64,000 bases of DNA from Vulcanimicrobiota bacterium (GTDB taxonomy: Bacteria; Vulcanimicrobiota; Vulcanimicrobiia; Vulcanimicrobiales; Vulcanimicrobiaceae), in assembly GCA_963795855.1 (NCBI GenBank), contig CAWCIZ010000001.1:352001-416000 (forward strand). Reading direction: 5' to 3'. The notes beneath the pieces are model-generated. The model had not been told where the DNA came from and searched no databases. It saw nothing but the letters and a program-made list of their open reading frames with translations. Positions 61,072 through 64,000 of this stretch are shown in pieces. The translations under genes were made by a program, and so were the position numbers. Position 1 is the stretch's first letter, and the number at the start of each line of letters is the position of its first letter.

Positions 61072-62604
61072 CTAAAAAAGCGCCGTCAGCGCGGCGACGA
61101 GCGATCGCGCCGAGGCGTCGAGCGTTTCGTCGTTCGCGAACAGCAAACCCGTCGTGCGATCGATGCGCATGCGTACGAAAAAACGCTGCAACTGCGTAGC
61201 GGAAGTTTGCGCGTACGCGCGAAGCGCCGTTTCGGCCGCATCGATGCGTTCCCGGGGCGCGCGTGCGTTGATGCGGCGCGCTTGCAGCGCGAGCGTCAGC
61301 TGGCGGGCCTTCGTGAAATCCCAACGCGCGCTATCCTCCTGCATTTTGCTTAGCACGCCGAGCGTCGGCGTTTCGAGTTCCACCTCCAGCACGATTGCGT
61401 TCGGATCGTCCGCTGCCGAAGTATCGGTAACCGGAGTAGGCGCGAACTGGTCCACGCGCGCGAGCATCTTGCCGGCATACTCGACGATGGGCTCCTTCTT
61501 GCCGATTTTCTCGTGCAGAACGGCGCGCTGCAGCAGCTGGCCCTGCGCTTCCAGGTGCGCTTTGAGACCGGCAACGTCCTCACCGTTTGCGGAACGCGTG
61601 CACGCCAGCGCTCCGCTCAAGATGAAGTGGTTGAGCAGCGTCGGCGGTTTCGCTCCCGTGAAGATTCGCTCGAAATACGCGATCGACGGGCGGTCTAAGC
61701 GCCCGTAGAGCATGACTGCTTCGCGAATCGGTGCGGCTTGCGCGGCAGGCTCGACGTCGGGCGGTTGCGCAGGCGGCTCCGGCTCGAAGGGCTCCGGCTC
61801 CGGGACGCCCGGCTCCGGAACCGTTTCCGGCTGGCCCGGCGGCGGAATCTGCTCGGGCTGGTCCGGCGGCGGCACCGGTTGCTGCGGCGGTTCCGCAGGC
61901 GGCCGGTATTCGGAAAGCGCGGCTGCGCCGGCTTCGTGCTCGATCGTCTCCTCTTCGTCGAGTTCGTAGATCGGCAGCTCGTCCAGCGTCTTGTCGTAGA
62001 GCGCGCGGTCGTAGCGCTGCACCTCGGTCGCAAAACCGGTTTGCGTATCCGCTTTGCGCGAAACCACGACCGGGTGAGCCCCCAGGACGGCGCTCTCTTC
62101 CGCAGTGACGATCGGAGCGATCACGAGCGGCTTATTCCCTAACCGAACGCCGATCTTCCAGACGAAGGTCGCGCGCGAGCCGGCGAGGATCGGGCCGACG
62201 ACGGTGCCGGCACCGAAGAATTCGTCGGCCGCGTCGTCGAGCAGCGGCCGGCCGTCGCGCACGAAGGAACCGTTGCGATAGCTCGCGCCGCCGGGAAGCG
62301 GCACGCAAACCCGAACTTCGCGGGCCGGTACGGCCCCTTCGTTCGCAACGCTGAGCGCCAGCGTCACGATGGCGCCGGGAATGACGTCCGATGGCGGGGT
62401 CGCGCTCGCTTCGACTGCGAGAACCGCGCTTTCCAGCCGCTGCGCAGGTTCCGGCTCGACCGTTCCAACCTCGGTCTGCACGTCGGATTCCCAGGTGGGA
62501 CGCTCCGGGGGCGGTACGCCCAGTTCGGCCCGCTGCAGGCCGACGAGCCGCATGTCGGCGCTTTCTTCGAAGTCCGGATCCTTCGGCCGAGAAGCGGCGC
62601 TCAC
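61072..62604 (-). CDS. DUF11-like Ig domain protein with a Pro/Glu-rich linker
   Basis: PGAIVTLALSVANEG..A..V....LP.G.SY, PEP-rich linker, helical C-terminal domain. GTG start overlaps the upstream TGA. Confidence 0.65.
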   Translation of the reverse strand: MSAASRPKDPDFEESADMRLVGLQRAELGVPPPERPTWESDVQTEVGTVEPEPAQRLESAVLAVEASATPPSDVIPGAIVTLALSVANEGAVPAREVRVCVPLPGGASYRNGSFVRDGRPLLDDAADEFFGAGTVVGPILAGSRATFVWKIGVRLGNKPLVIAPIVTAEESAVLGAHPVVVSRKADTQTGFATEVQRYDRALYDKTLDELPIYELDEEETIEHEAGAAALSEYRPPAEPPQQPVPPPDQPEQIPPPGQPETVPEPGVPEPEPFEPEPPAQPPDVEPAAQAAPIREAVMLYGRLDRPSIAYFERIFTGAKPPTLLNHFILSGALACTRSANGEDVAGLKAHLEAQGQLLQRAVLHEKIGKKEPIVEYAGKMLARVDQFAPTPVTDTSAADDPNAIVLEVELETPTLGVLSKMQEDSARWDFTKARQLTLALQARRINARAPRERIDAAETALRAYAQTSATQLQRFFVRMRIDRTTGLLFANDETLDASARSLVAALTALF

Positions 62605-63524
62605 TTCGCAAACCGCAGGCGCGCGAAGAAGCGTTCCAGCAGGCTCGGAGCGGGTGCGCCCGTTTGAGATCCGGCGGCCGACGGCGGCGGCGCGGCGGCG
62701 GGTTCGGGTAAACCGCGCGCCGTCAGCGCGGCACGTACGTGATCTTCGCGCACCAGGGTGCTTGCGCGGTCGGCGGCTTCCTCCATCGAAAGATGCGCCA
62801 GCATCGTCAAACGCCGCGGCAGCCCCGCAGCGGCGCGAATCAGCAGCGCGCGCGCTTCCGGCGCGGCGACGGGCTGTCCCGGCGGTTGTCCGGCGCGTGA
62901 GAGACGAAAGTCGAGTATCGCGCCCGCCATCGCTTCGTCGAGCGTCTGCAAGCGTATCCACGAATCGACGCGATCGACGAGGTTGTGCTTGGCGTTGAGG
63001 CGCTGCTCGAGTTCGCTTTGGCCGAACAGCAGGATGTTGAGCAGTTTCTTCTGCGGCACGTGATAGTTCAGCAGCAGCCGCAGCGCTTCGAGGTTTTCGT
63101 CGCTGAGATTTTGCGCTTCGTCGATGATGAGAACCAGCGTGCGGTTCTCCAGCACCGCCGTCTCGAAGAAGAAGTTCTTGAGCGCATTTTTGAGCGCGGC
63201 GCTCGATCTCGGCGGCAGGGCGAGTCCGAAAACGCGGCCCACCGCAATTAAAAACTCGACCTCCGTCGCGAACGTCGGATCGAGAATCTTACCGAGTACG
63301 ACGCGGTCGTCTTGAAGCAACTCTTGTTCGAGCGCGCTGGAAAGGCTCGTCTTTCCGGTCCCCGGCTCGCCGAGGACGACGGTCAGGCCGCGCGATTCGT
63401 CGACGCAGGCCGCCAAGCGATCCTTCGCCTTGCGCAGCGCGCCGAGTTCGCAATAAAAATACGGATCCGCCGTGTCTAAAAACGGGTCGCGTTCAAGCCC
63501 GAAGTAGCGGAAATACTTCGACAT
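62601..63524 (-). CDS. ExeA/GspA-family AAA ATPase
   Basis: YFGL..DPF, GEPGTGKT, LIIDEAQNL, LFGQSEL, GLPR. Confidence 0.88.
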   Translation of the reverse strand: MSKYFRYFGLERDPFLDTADPYFYCELGALRKAKDRLAACVDESRGLTVVLGEPGTGKTSLSSALEQELLQDDRVVLGKILDPTFATEVEFLIAVGRVFGLALPPRSSAALKNALKNFFFETAVLENRTLVLIIDEAQNLSDENLEALRLLLNYHVPQKKLLNILLFGQSELEQRLNAKHNLVDRVDSWIRLQTLDEAMAGAILDFRLSRAGQPPGQPVAAPEARALLIRAAAGLPRRLTMLAHLSMEEAADRASTLVREDHVRAALTARGLPEPAAAPPPSAAGSQTGAPAPSLLERFFARLRFAK

Positions 63525-63571
63525 CGACTGCTCAGATTGGCCTCCGGCGTCAAAAGTCTTTGCAGCCGCGG

Positions 63572-64000
63572 TCAAGTTTTGGTCGGGCCTGCCTCTACAG
63601 ACCGCATACGCTCGCGAGCCACCAATTCGTTGGCGTGATACAGGCTTTCGAACTGGCCTGCGTCGGTCCACCAGCCGTCCAGGATGTCGTAATACAAGTC
63701 GCCCTCGCGAATGTACGCGTTGTTCACGTCCGTGATTTCCAGTTCGCCGCGTTCCGAGGGTTTCAGGTTGCGGCAAAAATCGAACACGCGGCGATCGTAC
63801 ATGTAGATGCCCGTGACCGCGTACCGGCTCTTCGGCGATGCCGGCTTCTCCTCGATGCGCACGATGCGCTCGCCATCCAACTGCGGACATCCGAAACGCT
63901 GCGGATCGTCGACGTCTTTGAGCAAAATACGCGCGCCCGAGTCCTGTTCGTCGAACTTGCGCACGTAAGGCGTAATGTCATCCTGTATGATGTTGTCGCC
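63572..64000 (-). CDS. Glucose-1-phosphate thymidylyltransferase-like nucleotidyltransferase (5'-truncated)
   Basis: GDNI, IEEKP..PKS.YAVTGIYMYD, SERGELEITDVN, WTDAG. Confidence 0.9.
   Translation of the reverse strand, partial: GDNIIQDDITPYVRKFDEQDSGARILLKDVDDPQRFGCPQLDGERIVRIEEKPASPKSRYAVTGIYMYDRRVFDFCRNLKPSERGELEITDVNNAYIREGDLYYDILDGWWTDAGQFESLYHANELVARERMRSVEAGPTKT

Overview
GC-rich bacterial chromosomal window. It encodes a diderm flagellum (flgA/flgH/flgI) together with Firmicute-style fliW-csrA control. Gene content suggests a diderm Terrabacteria lineage such as Ca. Eremiobacterota, but that is inference only. Layout: (1) 1-3.6 kb holds a compact regulatory locus: MalT-like TPR protein, HD-GYP phosphodiesterase, a secreted tandem-repeat peptide precursor and a divergent LuxR regulator. 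(2) 3.6-36.5 kb is housekeeping and metabolic genes (rsmD, coaD, ylbL-like, thiolase, crt/hbd, phoU, moaD/moaE/moeB/moaA, queG, photolyase, ABC exporter). It also contains an unusual GH1 with an inserted circularly permuted solute-binding domain, and an ECF sigma/anti-sigma/TonB-C ORF. (3) 36.6-61.1 kb is a flagellar cluster (flgBC-fliE, flgFGAHIJN, flgKL, fliW, csrA, fliC, glycosylation island, flaG, fliD, fliS) with several sigma28-type promoters. (4) The end carries a DUF11-like gene, an ExeA-like ATPase and a nucleotidyltransferase. The most notable unannotated signal is in the ~900 bp gap inside the flagellar cluster (39459-40355). It holds two divergently oriented, homologous, highly structured putative ncRNAs, each presenting two AGGA(G/C) hairpin loops. 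The same GAC-AGGAC-GUC hairpin occurs in the flagellin 5' leader, so these are candidate CsrA-sponge sRNAs alongside FliW. About 15 single-site frameshifts in otherwise intact genes are most likely assembly errors.
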